A program made the position numbers and the translations under genes. The notes under the pieces are model-generated. The model ran no database searches. It saw only the letters and a program-made list of their open reading frames with translations, and was not told where the DNA came from. Positions 1 through 12,090 of a stretch of 64,000 nucleotides of DNA are shown here, piece by piece; the stretch's first letter is position 1; each line of letters begins with the position of its first letter. The DNA is from Paraspadella gotoi (Eukaryota; Animalia; Chaetognatha). Location: contig CM119268.1 of the NCBI GenBank assembly GCA_051294375.1, positions 17,486,502 through 17,550,501 on the forward strand, read 5' to 3'.

Positions 1-745
1 AAGGGCTCAAGGACAAACACGGCGATCAATGAAGGTGGAGGATCGCGAAGAAACCAAAACAAAACATAACAAAACAAAACATGAGAGAAAAAAAGGAGAA
101 GATACGAGCGGAGCTTTGACACTGACAAAGCTCAACTATGATGAGAAACGCGTTTAAATATGATGAATAAATATGTATTAATATCTATTATTAGTACGGG
201 AATGATAAAGAAATGATATGGTCAGCGATATCAGGCCAATGAATACATGTATTAACTTATGAACAGGGAAGATTACAAAATTACGACAAAATATCTTAAC
301 TTTTAAATGCTTTTGTTTTACATTTCTGTCTCAGTCTAACTATACTCCAGTTAATACTTCGCGTATTCTCTAGATAATTAAATATTAAGCAAATACGCCA
401 ACGTTCCTACGACTTAGGTAGCAAGAAATACTGCCTTTTGCCTCATAACCTTACTAAACAGTAGCTGAACTATTTATTGAAGTAAATCCTCCAAAGAAAA
501 ACTATAAAAAGTTCAAAAATATAATGCATACATGGCACAGTTCAAATACAATTTCATTGAAATATTATAATAGTAAATCAATAACAATCAAGAAATAAGA
601 AGAAAAGGCCTGTAAAATCTGTGAAATCTGGACATTTAAATTTGCATAAGGAAAGAAAAAAAAAAGAATAAATTGGAAAAAAAATTGACGGCGTCTGATA
701 AAAAGGCTTATACTAAATCTTTTCCTCTTTAATCTATCTTCTTAC

Positions 746-2000
746 CTTGGCGTCGCAAAGGATAATTTTTTTGGTTGTGTGCGTTAAAGTCCAGCTCAAT
801 CGCCTAATAAAAATTGGAGTTTAAAATTGACATTAAGTTTGACAATTCTTAAAAACAAGATTCGTCTTTTCTTAGGAGGGTTTAAAAAGCCTAAATCTCC
901 AGTTCCAGGCACCCTCGTCCGGACTACAGATCAAATGAGCCAGGATTACGGAGGTTTGAAACCCGAAATGCACGTTGAACGAAATTGAACTTTACCCAAT
1001 CTGCCACCAGACAGTTGCTGGACCCGAGTGCAACCTGGCAACGCGCTACATCATTTGGACATTTTATCAAAGTTTAAGAATAAATTTATCTTAAATATAG
1101 TTCAAAACAATAAACAGGAAGTTCACCTCTCCTTCACTGGTGCGGGCTGTCCTCCGGTTTCCACAAAAACCCCACAACCAGTAGAATTGGAATGTCCCCA
1201 ATCGAAATGAAAATTTAGAATGAAGAGATACCGTAATGGCGTACGGATCGTTTGGGAGGGAAAAAAATTGCTTAGTTGATAGATAATTTATATATGTGTA
1301 CAGCATCAGGGCCACGGATTTTACCACCTCCAAATTTTAATATGCTGGCGGGGAATGGAGAGGCGGAGAGATTATTTGCAGTGGTTTATCATCGGGATTC
1401 CGTTCGTCGTCCCGTCGGTCGTCGGTCATGCGGTTTGGAAAATAGTACTAAAATTATACACCCGAAATAATTCCTTTTTGATGAAATAAAACCCATCCGT
1501 AAAATGAAATTATTGCCTTCCAACCACGAAATGGAATTAATTACCGTTACACTCGCAAGTGACTCACCTTTGAAGTGAATGGGAATGACGATGAGTAAAT
1601 GCCGCAGACGAGGAGAAAGAAGCGATGACCAATGGCGAAATAAAGGGGAATCATCGGCGCAGGAAGGGTGAGCGTTTTTTCTGTTCCACCGATAAGTAAG
1701 ATGCGGAAACGGGCAACGACTTCGAACCATGGGCTGATCTGCGATGACGGGGCCAATAGTGGCAGCTTGGAAGTAAGCCCTCAGGAGCCGGAGAGCCGGC
1801 GGATCTTGGCGTGGGAGTCGAGATCGATGCTGCTTCTGCGCCGATGATGTGCGCGCAGAGGGAGAACGTAATTTGCGCGTCGACGCGAGACGGGGATGCC
1901 GGACGTAACCCGAGTCGCCGGCCTCATTTTCGCTGGGAAGGTGAATACCCGCCGCTCCTTACGATGCCGCCGCGTCGCCACCCGAGAAAAGCCAGTGAGA
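746..2000 (-). other. Possible short exons of an unidentified minus-strand gene
   Basis: GC-richer islands bounded by minus-strand splice-like sites, e.g. tag|GCGATT...CCAAG|gtaag at about 803-746 (AIELDFNAHNQKNYPLRRQ) and AAG|gtgagt at about 1568. No recognisable domain and no consistent frame. Confidence 0.2.
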
Positions 2001-4140
2001 CTTGAAAATGTTAAATCTTTGTTGTATAATGTGCTTATTTAGCTTCTTGATGGGTTGTTGAAGCCTAATATATAAAATATATATTAATAACTGCTATTAA
2101 TTAGATGATCATCTAAGATTGAGAAGAAAGAAAGCTTTATAACCTAAAAAAGCCTACAAATTCGTTAAATTTATTAACGCTTATTGTAAATATTTTTATT
2201 TAATAAGAATTTTCATCATATGAAGAATAAGGGTTTTTGACTTATATTCGAATCGTATTTAGTGCCTATTACGCTGCCGCTCGCAAGTAATTTCTGTTAA
2301 ATAATGTATTTTATTTTTGTCCGCCGACGAGATAGCGTCACGACCCGTGGTCCAAAACTTTAGTCCGGCGCCTGTCTTGTAATTTTGACAGCATATTGTT
2401 ATGAATACTGTGTATTTATAAAATCATAAAAGAAAACCTTATTTGGATAAGTGTAAGAAACCTTAACTTTTGAGAATAAGATTCTTTGCATATATTTTTT
2501 TAATATATACTTTTTGGGAATTGCCTTGATATTCAACACTTAAAAAATTATCCTAAATAATAAAACAATAGATCCTGCTCGTTCACCTGTACAATAAGGC
2601 GCAAGTGAAGGGTTGCAGATCAAATTCGAATAGTTAATCATGAACGTCTTGAACTAAAGAATCATTGAATATATAAAAAAATTTCTTTTAAAAATTTCTT
2701 CATTATTCCGCATAATCCCCATATTTATAGCATATGTACTTACATAGAAAATGTTAAAATTTTAAAATAATGTATTCCTTAGTTTTGAAGCAGATTCGAA
2801 ATTCCTCATAAAAAAGTTCAAAAAAAAAGTTTACAGGTACAAGCCGCTCGTAATCTATCTATTCAATTTGATTTTAATATTTTTTGCTAATCCTTAACTG
2901 CACAATCATTCTTCATTTACTATATAATTTTGAGAAAAATAGAATTAAGTTGTTTCCGCATACATTTGTATCACTACTTTATTTTTAGATTTATTTATTT
3001 CAAGTCGTTACTTTTGTTTTCACTTTTGATATTATTATAATATAAAATATTTTTACCCTTTTTTCATCTTGAGTCAATGCGTCGTCCCGTAACGCCCTCA
3101 GATGACAATCAGAAGCATTAATTGATGGTCTTAAAAAGAGACGCGAAGCAAAGGATTGATAGAAAACAGTGATGCGAGAGATTCCTTCGTCCCCCTTTCT
3201 TGTGCTCCTTTAAATTCTTGATTAACTTTTCACGTGTGCTTTGTAATGCGAAATTCGTACATTTGTGATCATGATCTCTCTTAAATTAAAAAAAACGTAT
3301 TGTTACAAAGTGTAATATTTGTTCATATCATTGTTATAGTCTCATAATAAAATGTATAGTCATGGACAGATTTATTCGCTTTTCAATGAGAACTTTGATA
3401 TCGATATGGTTGTATTATTGTTTTTTTTGTTTTTTTTTTTAAATATAAATTATTGAAGTCGTTGTTCTGAGAATTTTCCTAGCCTCTCATCCTAACATTC
3501 TTGTAACTTTTCATTGTATTGCTTTTGACGAATTTTATACGTCCCACCTTCGCCCTCAGACCCCAACCGTTAATCAATTAATCATCAATCGCAGTTTCGC
3601 AAGATTCGCTTCCATCTATTTTTTTCTCTATTATTATATGTAGGCTGTTTTAAATTAAGTTCTCACCAGTAACTTTTTTACCAGCTTTTAACAATTGATT
3701 AATCGATACGATTTAATAGAATATTACCAGATGCAGTATGTGCGCACCTTTTTTAAAATACGCTTTATTGTACTTGTTGCCATAATATTATTGAGATTTG
3801 TTGTTTTAGTTATTGTATGATGTCTCTAGTTTTTCGAGTTGTAATCGTGCTATAATCATTTATTTTATTTCAATCAGTTTGTCTGGGTGTTATTTCGATT
3901 ATTTGTTAATTTGTTGTCATATTGTGTATTGTGCTATTTGAATAATTATTGCCTGTATTCAATACAACAATACATGTTATATTTTTTTTGTAGTTTATCT
4001 GAACACTCCGCTATCAATGACATCTGTTGACAGATTTAACTAACAGGTGATAGAATGCGGTTTTTTTCATTTAGATGAATCAATAAATTCAATAATGATG
4101 ATAGAAATAAAAGGACTTTTATTAAAACTCAAACATTATG

Positions 4141-7100
4141 TCAGCGGTATTTTAGCAAAACTAAATTGTATGTAATCCATATAATCTGGCAACGATGATA
4201 CATGCATGTAAATTGTAATCGTAAACTGTAAAAGGGCTTTGAAGTATTAACGTCCGTTTTCCGCGGGCGTGATGGAGAGAAATCCTTCGGAAAACACAAA
4301 TATTCACGACCTTTGACTCGCGCCTCTGGTTCGGGGCCAGTTAAAATCTTGGATTCGGCCACTGCGGCTCCGTGTTCTTGGTGAAACGTGGTTTCTTGCG
4401 ACGTTGGTAACGAAAGCTTTGATTGTGTTTCGTTAGAATGATAAAGCTGCCAGGGTCATCCATGAAAGCTTTTTGGGTAAATTGGCAACCGTTCTTGAGT
4501 GTAATGTGGGTTGCGGGTACACATCCGGCGAAGGTAAGACGGTTGGAACAAGAGGATTGTAAACTGAATGAGTTATATCCTGGGTTCGCCAGTGCTGGGA
4601 GGAGGTTTACCCCTTCAAATTAAAAGTCGCCATATGGTTCGTGTTCGTTGAATCGTGTGTCGTTCATCTCACATCTTCATCCGTGTCGGAATCGAAAATG
4701 TCTGAATGCCGGCCGCTCGATTCCGTATCACATTGGAACTGTGAAAGAAAACGGTGTTCTCTTGCCAACATGGTGCGACGAATGTAGGTTTTGAGGCTCT
4801 TCGTCGAGTGGCGCGTTGTTTGGCGCGTCGAACGTTGACAGCACCGGCGTGGACTGGCCACCAAATAGGTGAATGAAGGTCAGTAGGGATTGGTTATAAT
4901 TAATATGTTGGCCAAATACGCGTTTCGGCGTTTCAAAGTCTAAAGCGGCGAATGAGACGTTTTCCGTCTACGACTCGACAGTGGCCGGGAAGATTTCCCA
5001 TTTCTCCGCGTCGGCGATCGAGAGTTTTACTATGACGATCGAATGGCAGTTGTATTCAGGCTCTTGTTCAATTTCTTCAGCATTCCAAATTTCTGGCTCC
5101 TTGTTTCTTGCGCCTCTTCAAGGTTGTGCGTGAATCGGGGCGTCAATTGCCGCTTCTGCAGGCTGAAGCTGCTTCTTGAGCTGGCGCACCTCTTTGCTGG
5201 GCAGAGCCGCCGCGCGTCGTTGTTGATGCCTGCTATAAGAAGTCTTCGCTGGTCGTTATCGCTGCATCAATTCTTAATAATTATGCTTCGTTCTCTTGAG
5301 TTTGGGTTCTTAAGGCGTTGTCATCTTCATCAAGCAAACGGGCGTGGTTCGACAGAAAAGCACACACTGTCTGCGATTGTGTTTGCGAACGGTTTTAGTC
5401 CCCTTTGCTTTTTCGTAGCGACCGTCGCCTGGCAAAACGAATGAGTCCAGTCCTGAGATGTTAAAGAAGAAAAAACGATTTTCTGAACCGACGAACCCGC
5501 TGTCCAATCTTTCTCTTTTTCGCTCTCCTTTGGGTGAAAGACCGATCTTTCTCTAAGTCTCAGCTTGCGATTCTTGGCCACTTCGTTGGTCGACCGGGTG
5601 AAGGTGTTCCAATTTTTTAGGGGGAAGGACATAAAAAAGACTTTCGTCGCGCAGGACTCGTTTTGGTTCTGTAAGTACGAACGCGAAGAATTCTGTCCCG
5701 ATGACAAGAAGCGGCATTTGACTGGTGTCGAAGAATCGGATTTAACGATTTGAGAGGCCGGATCTGGTATCCTGTTTCGATTCGATGCCAAATTCGTAGT
5801 TTAGTGGTTACCCCTATCGAAATTCGTTTCATTCTTTAGAACAAGCGTTTAGTGTAATCCACAGCAGGTCTTTTGTCCCTACGACCGAACTGATAGTGTC
5901 CTTCACTTGGCTTCGATTCTGGTCAGTTCTATGCTCTATCTCAGCTTTGTCCTCTGATTAGTTTTTTCGTCCAGCCGTGGAAATTGACACTATCCTGGAA
6001 TCTTTTTGACAATTCTTCGATCGGCATCATACTATCGCGTGCAAATCTTATCCTCTCTACATGGAAAGTTCTAGCGATTATGAAGAAAGAATCATAGAGG
6101 GTAAATCGATCTATTATTCCCTCAGAGCTTCATTGAGATTAATAGAGTGGGAGAGATTCTCCATTTTTGAAGAAGAGTCCGGGATGGGAGAGTCCTCGAG
6201 CCATATCCGACACGGGACGTCTTTCGGAGTAGCGAACGGCTCCTAACTTCGTCCGTAACGTCACCGTTACTCCGATGTGTCTTCATAGAATCGAAAGAGT
6301 TATTCGTCGCTCCGCCTCTCATTTTGGCTTCTTCCCATCCGGCCTCACAGGGCAACTATCCCGGGTCGTTCTCTCCAACCGTCGTGAGGTTAACATCTGG
6401 TCCCCGATCTTTAGCTGATCCAATGAGATTCTTGGCCCGGCGTCGTGTTCCACCACAACGCGTGTTTCCGCATGAAGCGTTTCCACCAAGCGGTTTTCAT
6501 CCTCACCCGACTGCAGAATAATGGCAGTGGCAATATTAGGAATTTGAGAAAAAGGCCGAACTGTTAGTATGACTCTATCGTAAGGAAACTGTTAGTCGAA
6601 GCGTGATTGATTCCTACGGCGAGAGGGAGAACTGTTGAATTGAAGCGTGATTGATTCCCGGTACGAGGGGGAGAAACTGTTAGTCGAACCGTTTTGGGTT
6701 TCAAGTTAAACATCGATGGATCCGCTTTTGCGACTTCCAGGTGAATTCGAATTGCCCACGGAAATTGTTCTTGTCTTTAGTATTGCTCTTCTTGGATTCT
6801 GCGTCCGAATCGTCTTCAATTTCTGACGTAGGAAAGGCGACGTCGTCCAACGACTGCATGCAGAATTTGAGGTGAAGAACTGCGCGCGATTTCTTGCAGC
6901 ATTCGCTTTATTTCCTTAGGCCTTGTTTAATTCGGCTCTATCCGGTCGTAAATCTTCTTACGCTTCGTCGTCGCTTGGATTTCTCCGTTGTCGAATGCAT
7001 CATCTTCAAGCGCCTCTTATGAATTGGAGTCGCTTCTTCCGCCGAATCCTTTCGCGCAAATGATCGAGCAGTCAACCCGATTTTCCGCTCTGATTTCGTC

Positions 7101-8600
7101 GAGAATAAGGATCAAGTTCTTTTTATTTCTTTTTTCATAATCTCCGTCAGCTCGTCGACGACGGACTCGTCATCTTTCCTTGATGATCGACCAACGACGT
7201 TTCCGAGTTGCCAGTCGATATTACGCCTGTTTCGCCGCGTGGTGGTGCTCGCCCGCCTGGATTGTCATCTCTGACTCCGACCTCGTTAATTTGAACACCA
7301 TTCGAGTGTTTGTTCGCTTGAGGAGAAGAATCAGAGACGAAGAAGAGCTGTGAATATCGTCGTGATGGCGCTGAACGACGTGCGATCCTCGGATCGGCGC
7401 CGGGTTGATAGCCTCGTAGTTCTTTGCTTCTGTCGCTGACACGTCTTCGCCCCTCGCGCGAAGTCGGCTACGCTGTTTCATCAAGGAGGCTCGTCGCCAG
7501 GAGATTTTCGAAAAGACTCGTCGAGTGACTGTCAAAGACTTCCAACATTTTGGCCGCCGTTGATCCGCTTCCCGTCAGATAGGCTTTCTCAAGGCCAGCC
7601 TGTTTCGAAACTCTCGCTGATCATCACTGTTTGATCGGTTACGCAGAGCAGGGAAAGACGAATTGTTTCCACTGATTGGGTGACCACCGTGTCACCATAT
7701 CTCCTGACTCAGGGCTCGAGACCTGAATCGTCGATTTCTCTGTCGGGATTTTCGGCAGGACGTCCTGACAGCGAAGACTCGCTGGATTCGTTTGTGACGC
7801 CATTTCGTAGTTTCTCACAATTTGCAACTTTCGTGTCTTCAAATTTTCCATTCAGTTGTTCGTTTGAATTTAAATCCGTGTATTGCTTTGTTTGGCTTTT
7901 GACTTGTGGCGACTTAAGACTCGGGAATTGAAAGTAATTTCGTTCAGATTGAGAAGATTTTCCCGGCGAGAAAAGCTTTTGATGATTGCCTTCACGTCGG
8001 GAAAACCTTTGGGCGAACGAGTTTTAATGAACGGTTCCTTCATTCGCAGTTCGTTGTTGTTGTTATTGTCGTCGTCGTCGTTTTTTCCTCGTTCTTTCGA
8101 CTACACCGTCGTCTACAGTCGACAACAGGTCATGAGGTTGAGTCTCGTTTCCGTTATTTTCTTTGAAAAATCCTCGCTCGTCGGTCGTCGATGAAATGTC
8201 CGAGCAGTGACTTTCTCGTGACGACGGCGTCCTGTAGTCGTCGACACTCGTAAGTCAAGTCTTCTCCGTTTATATAAATTCTATTGACGCCCAAATTTGT
8301 CGCCGAATTTCGCTTTGGATTTCTTGTATCAGTTCTCGTTCCTCCCGTGTCGTTCGATGTAGATTTATCCTTTATTGGATCGCGGGCGGGGATTTTAAAT
8401 GGAACGGTCCCTTAGAGAGTTTCATCGCCGACGTCGTCATGGCCTCCGTTTTCTTAACCGCTCGTTGGCTCATTTTAATTCCACGCACGTCATTGTGGCG
8501 GATTCTCAGTCGATATGGTTCGTTGAATCAGTCGCGATTGGTCCATCGTTTGACTGCCTCTCGAATGCAAAGCGGACAATTCGGCCTTCCTTTTTTTTTA
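4141..8600 (-). CDS. Large, apparently intronless coding region for an S/R/K/E-rich, probably disordered protein, broken by many frameshifts
   Basis: About 4.4 kb of uniformly GC-elevated sequence lacking AT-rich introns. Successive minus-strand ORF pieces look protein-like, e.g. FQFPSLKSPQVKSQTKQYTDLNSNEQLNGKFEDTKVANCEKLRNGVTNESSESSLSG and ORFs 5330-5791, 4664-4864 and 4141-4362. No family recognised. Confidence 0.45.
6558..6692. repeat. About 45-bp tandem repeat (about 3 copies) inside the putative coding region
   Basis: Repeated aactgttagtcgaagcgtgattgattcc...gagggggaga. A minus frame reads RLTVSPPRTGNQSRF-like 15-aa units. Confidence 0.6.
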
Positions 8601-8730
8601 TACATAATTATTGGTTAGGGCAATCCAAAAACTTGNNNNNNNNNNNNNNNNNNNNNNNNNAATGGTTTTTAAAATATTTCCAAAAACTAATTTCACCTTT
8701 TTGAATCAAAGCAAATGTTTGTATACGAAC

Positions 8731-11700
8731 CGAGAAAAACATATTCGGCAAATGTCAAGTAATTAATAAGTTGATAAACATTGCCGGCGAACAACATGGC
8801 GACCGATAGAGCGCACTCCAGTAAAACCGCGGGTACGGGAGTGGATTGGGTCACGTGGATCAGGGAAAGAACATCGGGGAGATGACCTTTAAGCGGAGAA
8901 GTGAAATTACTACGCTGTAAAATGGATTGAAAAGGGGGAATTCAACGTTGAGTGTGTAATGTTTTCTTGTAAAGAAATTAGATTAGGTAACCAAATCGTG
9001 ATACACTGTAGGTTACTCACAAATGAAACTAAAACATGAATACAAAGAAGGTATGTATTAGTTATAATAGTTATATTATATTAATTATACGTCCACCACA
9101 TGCCTTTTTGAGCTGCGACGAAGAATATTCTGGACGAGGAGAGGATGCAAGCGTTGAGTCCGCCGAAACAGGACAAGGAAACAAACAGGGACATCACCCA
9201 AGACGCTTTGCCCATGGTCCTAAATTATAGTTTGTTTATTTTTCACTGAATTTTAATTTTGTATATATTAAACCAAGCTCGCGGAGGGCTTAAACCACCA
9301 AAGCCTGTCCAAAGTCAGGGCGCAAGATAGCTTATTTATTAAATGAATGGATAATTGTTAAATTGGTTGTACCAATTTCATAAATCCGAGTCTAATTTTA
9401 ACCTTCCAAAGACCTTCCTGACGAACCGCTAACACTTCTGTAAACCACTAACTCCCACTCGCCTGTCAGCGAAGGAGAGCGCCGTCGCCTCCGACTCTCT
9501 CATCTCGTAGAGACTGAGGACGACGAATAGGACGTTCGTCATCACATAGACAAAAGTAATGAGCGGCATAGCGATAAAAATGGCCCGCGGTAAGTTCCGA
9601 GTCGCGGTTTTGAATTTCGCCTGCGCGAAAAAAAGAGTTAAATTCCGAATTTAATAATTTTTTTTAGTTTAAATATCAGGTTATGGGTTGAGGATCAGGG
9701 TTAAATTACAATTTGGGTTTAGGGATCTTGTTAAAAATTAAGTATTCGGTTTATAATAATAAAACAAAAATTCTATTTAAGATTTAAAATAAAAATTGTG
9801 GTTAAAGATTCAAGTTAAAGATGAATTAATTCAAGTAACAGATTAGAGATTAGCAGGAAAATTTTTTAAAAAATTACATAAAATTTTTAAAATTAAAAAT
9901 TAAAATTAATATCTTTAGGAAAGATATGGGAGCTTTCGGCAATTAATGTCAGAAAAGTTTTGGCGTAAGGGGCGGATATTAATAGTTTTGGGTTTGGTCC
10001 TGACGTAAGAAAGTTTAATGGTGTAGCAGGCCAAAAAAATAATCATATGTGGCGGTAATTACGCTCATACTTCACACCGTCTCACCTCCACGTGCCACCA
10101 TCCTGTGCTAGACCGAGACCGTACCTTGGGTAACCGCGCCAGTGACTGGAGGCGTCACTGAGGGTCGGAAGCACCCAAAAGCCAACAGTGAGATGCCCCA
10201 TCCCAAGGGTATCACAGGCAACCTGGCTGTTGCCATAAGTGGTGACCCTACTATCGAACACGCAACCTTCTCAGGGTAAAGCTACGACAAAATGGCGATC
10301 GGGTATGCTATGGACAAACGCCTTGCCCTTGGGGTACGCTACGACAAACGCTATGCCCCCACAACTCGCACTCTCTCTCTCTCTCCCACTATGGTAACAG
10401 TCATGTCAGACACCTCTCAGGCTTGAGAACCAGAGTGATGTTGGCCCGGGGATCCTGTGGCGGTAATTCACACCGCCTCACGTACACATCCATCAGCCAA
10501 AATCCATTGGCTCAGAGGGGAACACACCATCCCAGGCGTAGTGTTCCATCCACAGTCCTAACGACTTTCCCTCTGTGTTGGCAAAGCGAGACCGCCTAGG
10601 GTAACCGCGCCAGTGACTGGAGGCGTCACTAGGAGGTCGGAAGCCCCCAAAGCCAACAGTGAGCATCCCATCCCAATGGACATCACAGGCAACCTGGCTG
10701 TTGCCATACCATAACTAATTTCGCAATCTTACAAAATTACCCATTCAAAAAATTGAGAAAATTAAATCCGGCGTAAGTGTAGAGTCCCTGATAAAATGCG
10801 AGGCTGATGTCCGCCGGCGAAGTCTTCGATTCGGCGAATGCTTCGTCGATGGACGACGGGAAGTTTGAGCGCCGCGAGGCCATCGCCGCTATACCGAAGC
10901 CGATGATGACCAGCAACGCCGCCACCTGGGGAAAAGAGTTTTGGGGGGTGCAGCGAGAAAGGGGAGGGGTTACCGACTTACCCAGAATCTGCTTTTCAAC
11001 CAACCACAACCACATTTAACCTTCCAAACTGACCTTTGCGACGGAGAAGGCGTCTTGGATTCGCGAGGCGAGTTTGACGGAGAAGCAGTTGACCGCGGAG
11101 AGAACAAGGATGGCGAATGAGGCAAGGATCAGGTCGAGGCCTTGCGGTGGGTCGCAGGATGGGTAGATGGGCTGGAGAAAGTACTTGGCGAAGGTGATGG
11201 AGATACAGGCGTTGCTGGAGAAGGGGGGAAGAAAAGAGGTGTATGGGTATAAGGAAAAATAGTAGGAGGAGAGGGCTGGTTAATTTTACAAAATAGGAAG
11301 AAAAAAACAGGGACAGTATGTCAATTTGTACGTCATCATAATAATTTACGGTAAATTATTATTTTTAAATTTGGATTCTCCAGTCAAACCCACCTAGCCG
11401 GAAAGATAACTGAGACTTGAGTCCAGACGTACAAGAAGCTGAGAAATGATCCGTAGCTCCTCTCGATGTAGTGGTAGTCGCCGCCGGAAGAGGGCATCAA
11501 CCCGCCGAGCTCCATGTAGCAGAGTCCGCCGACGAGAGCGACGGCGCCAGAGGTGCACCACACGATCAGGGAAATCCCGACTGAACCACCGTGGATGAGG
11601 ACGCCCTGGAGGGAGGGAGAGAGAGGGGGGGAGAGAGAAAGTGTGAGGAGTGAGAGGAGGCAATGTAGAGATGGGGATGAGCAGCGGAAGAGGCGGGACA

Positions 11701-12090
11701 ATGGGTGGAGAAGTTGAGTAATAAGTTAAACAAGTACAATCTTTACTTACTTGATTAAATTAACAATCGGGTCAATTTAATATTATCTGCTTTCTTTTAA
11801 CTTACCGCCTCACCCAAATCCCCGTTATTAAAATCCCCAACCCGCCTCACCCCAATCCCCAAACTCGCCTCTCTCCAAACTCGCCTTACCCCAATCTCCA
11901 AACCCGCCATCACCCCAATCCCCAAACTCGCCTCACCCCAATCCCCTCACCTTCGGCGAAATGAAAATGCCGCTGCCGATGATGACGCGATGATGACCGA
12001 CACGGCGTTGAATAGGCCAAGCGTCGGCTTCAGCCCGACCTTGGACGCCAGAATCGTGGACAACAACGACCCCGTCTTTCCTTCGCCCAT
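8731..12090 (-). CDS. SLC7-family L-type (LAT / y+LAT / b0,+AT-like) amino-acid transporter light chain; 3' end missing at the gap 8636-8660
   Basis: Exons 12090-11951 (MGEGK...GLFNAVSVIIGVIIGSGIFISPK), 11605-11394 (GVLIHGGSVG...GLCYMELG...SGGDYHY), 11214-11034 (ITFAKYFLQPIYPSCDPP...VNCFSVKLASRIQDAFSVAK), 10925-10741 (LAFYQGLYTYAGFNFLNF), 9620-9463 (EIQN.TRNLPRAIFIAMPLITFVYVMTNV), 9219-9104 (FVSLSCFGGLNACILSSSRIFFVAA) and 8886-8731 (GHLPDVLSLIHVTQSTPVPA...QLINY). All are hallmark LAT motifs. A few 1-nt indels are likely sequencing errors. Confidence 0.93.
9283..9382 (+). mobile_element. Truncated copy of the dispersed Helentron/HINE-like repeat (SLC7 intron 5)
   Basis: ggagggcttaaaccaccaaagcctgtccaaagtcaggg...attggttgtaccaatttcat matches the reverse complement of 21026-21125 and 62461-62560. 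Confidence 0.65.
10048..10708 (+). mobile_element. TRIM-like miniature LTR retroelement in SLC7 intron 4
   Basis: Direct repeats 10048-10237 and 10456-10708, each starting TGTGGCGGTAATT and ending GGCAACCTGGCTGTTGCCATA. PBS-like TGGTGACCC lies 2 nt after the 5' repeat (10240-10248). The 218-bp interior is non-coding. Flanks are tcata/ccata (near-TSD). Confidence 0.75.
11805..11950. repeat. About 22-bp C-rich minisatellite in SLC7 intron 1 (mirrored at 20321-20490)
   Basis: Units of cgcctcaccccaatccccaaact, about 6 copies. Confidence 0.75.

Noticed and set aside
6558-6692. CRISPR-like repeat-spacer array
   Set aside because: The units are contiguous tandem repeats without unique spacers, the context is eukaryotic and there are no cas genes.
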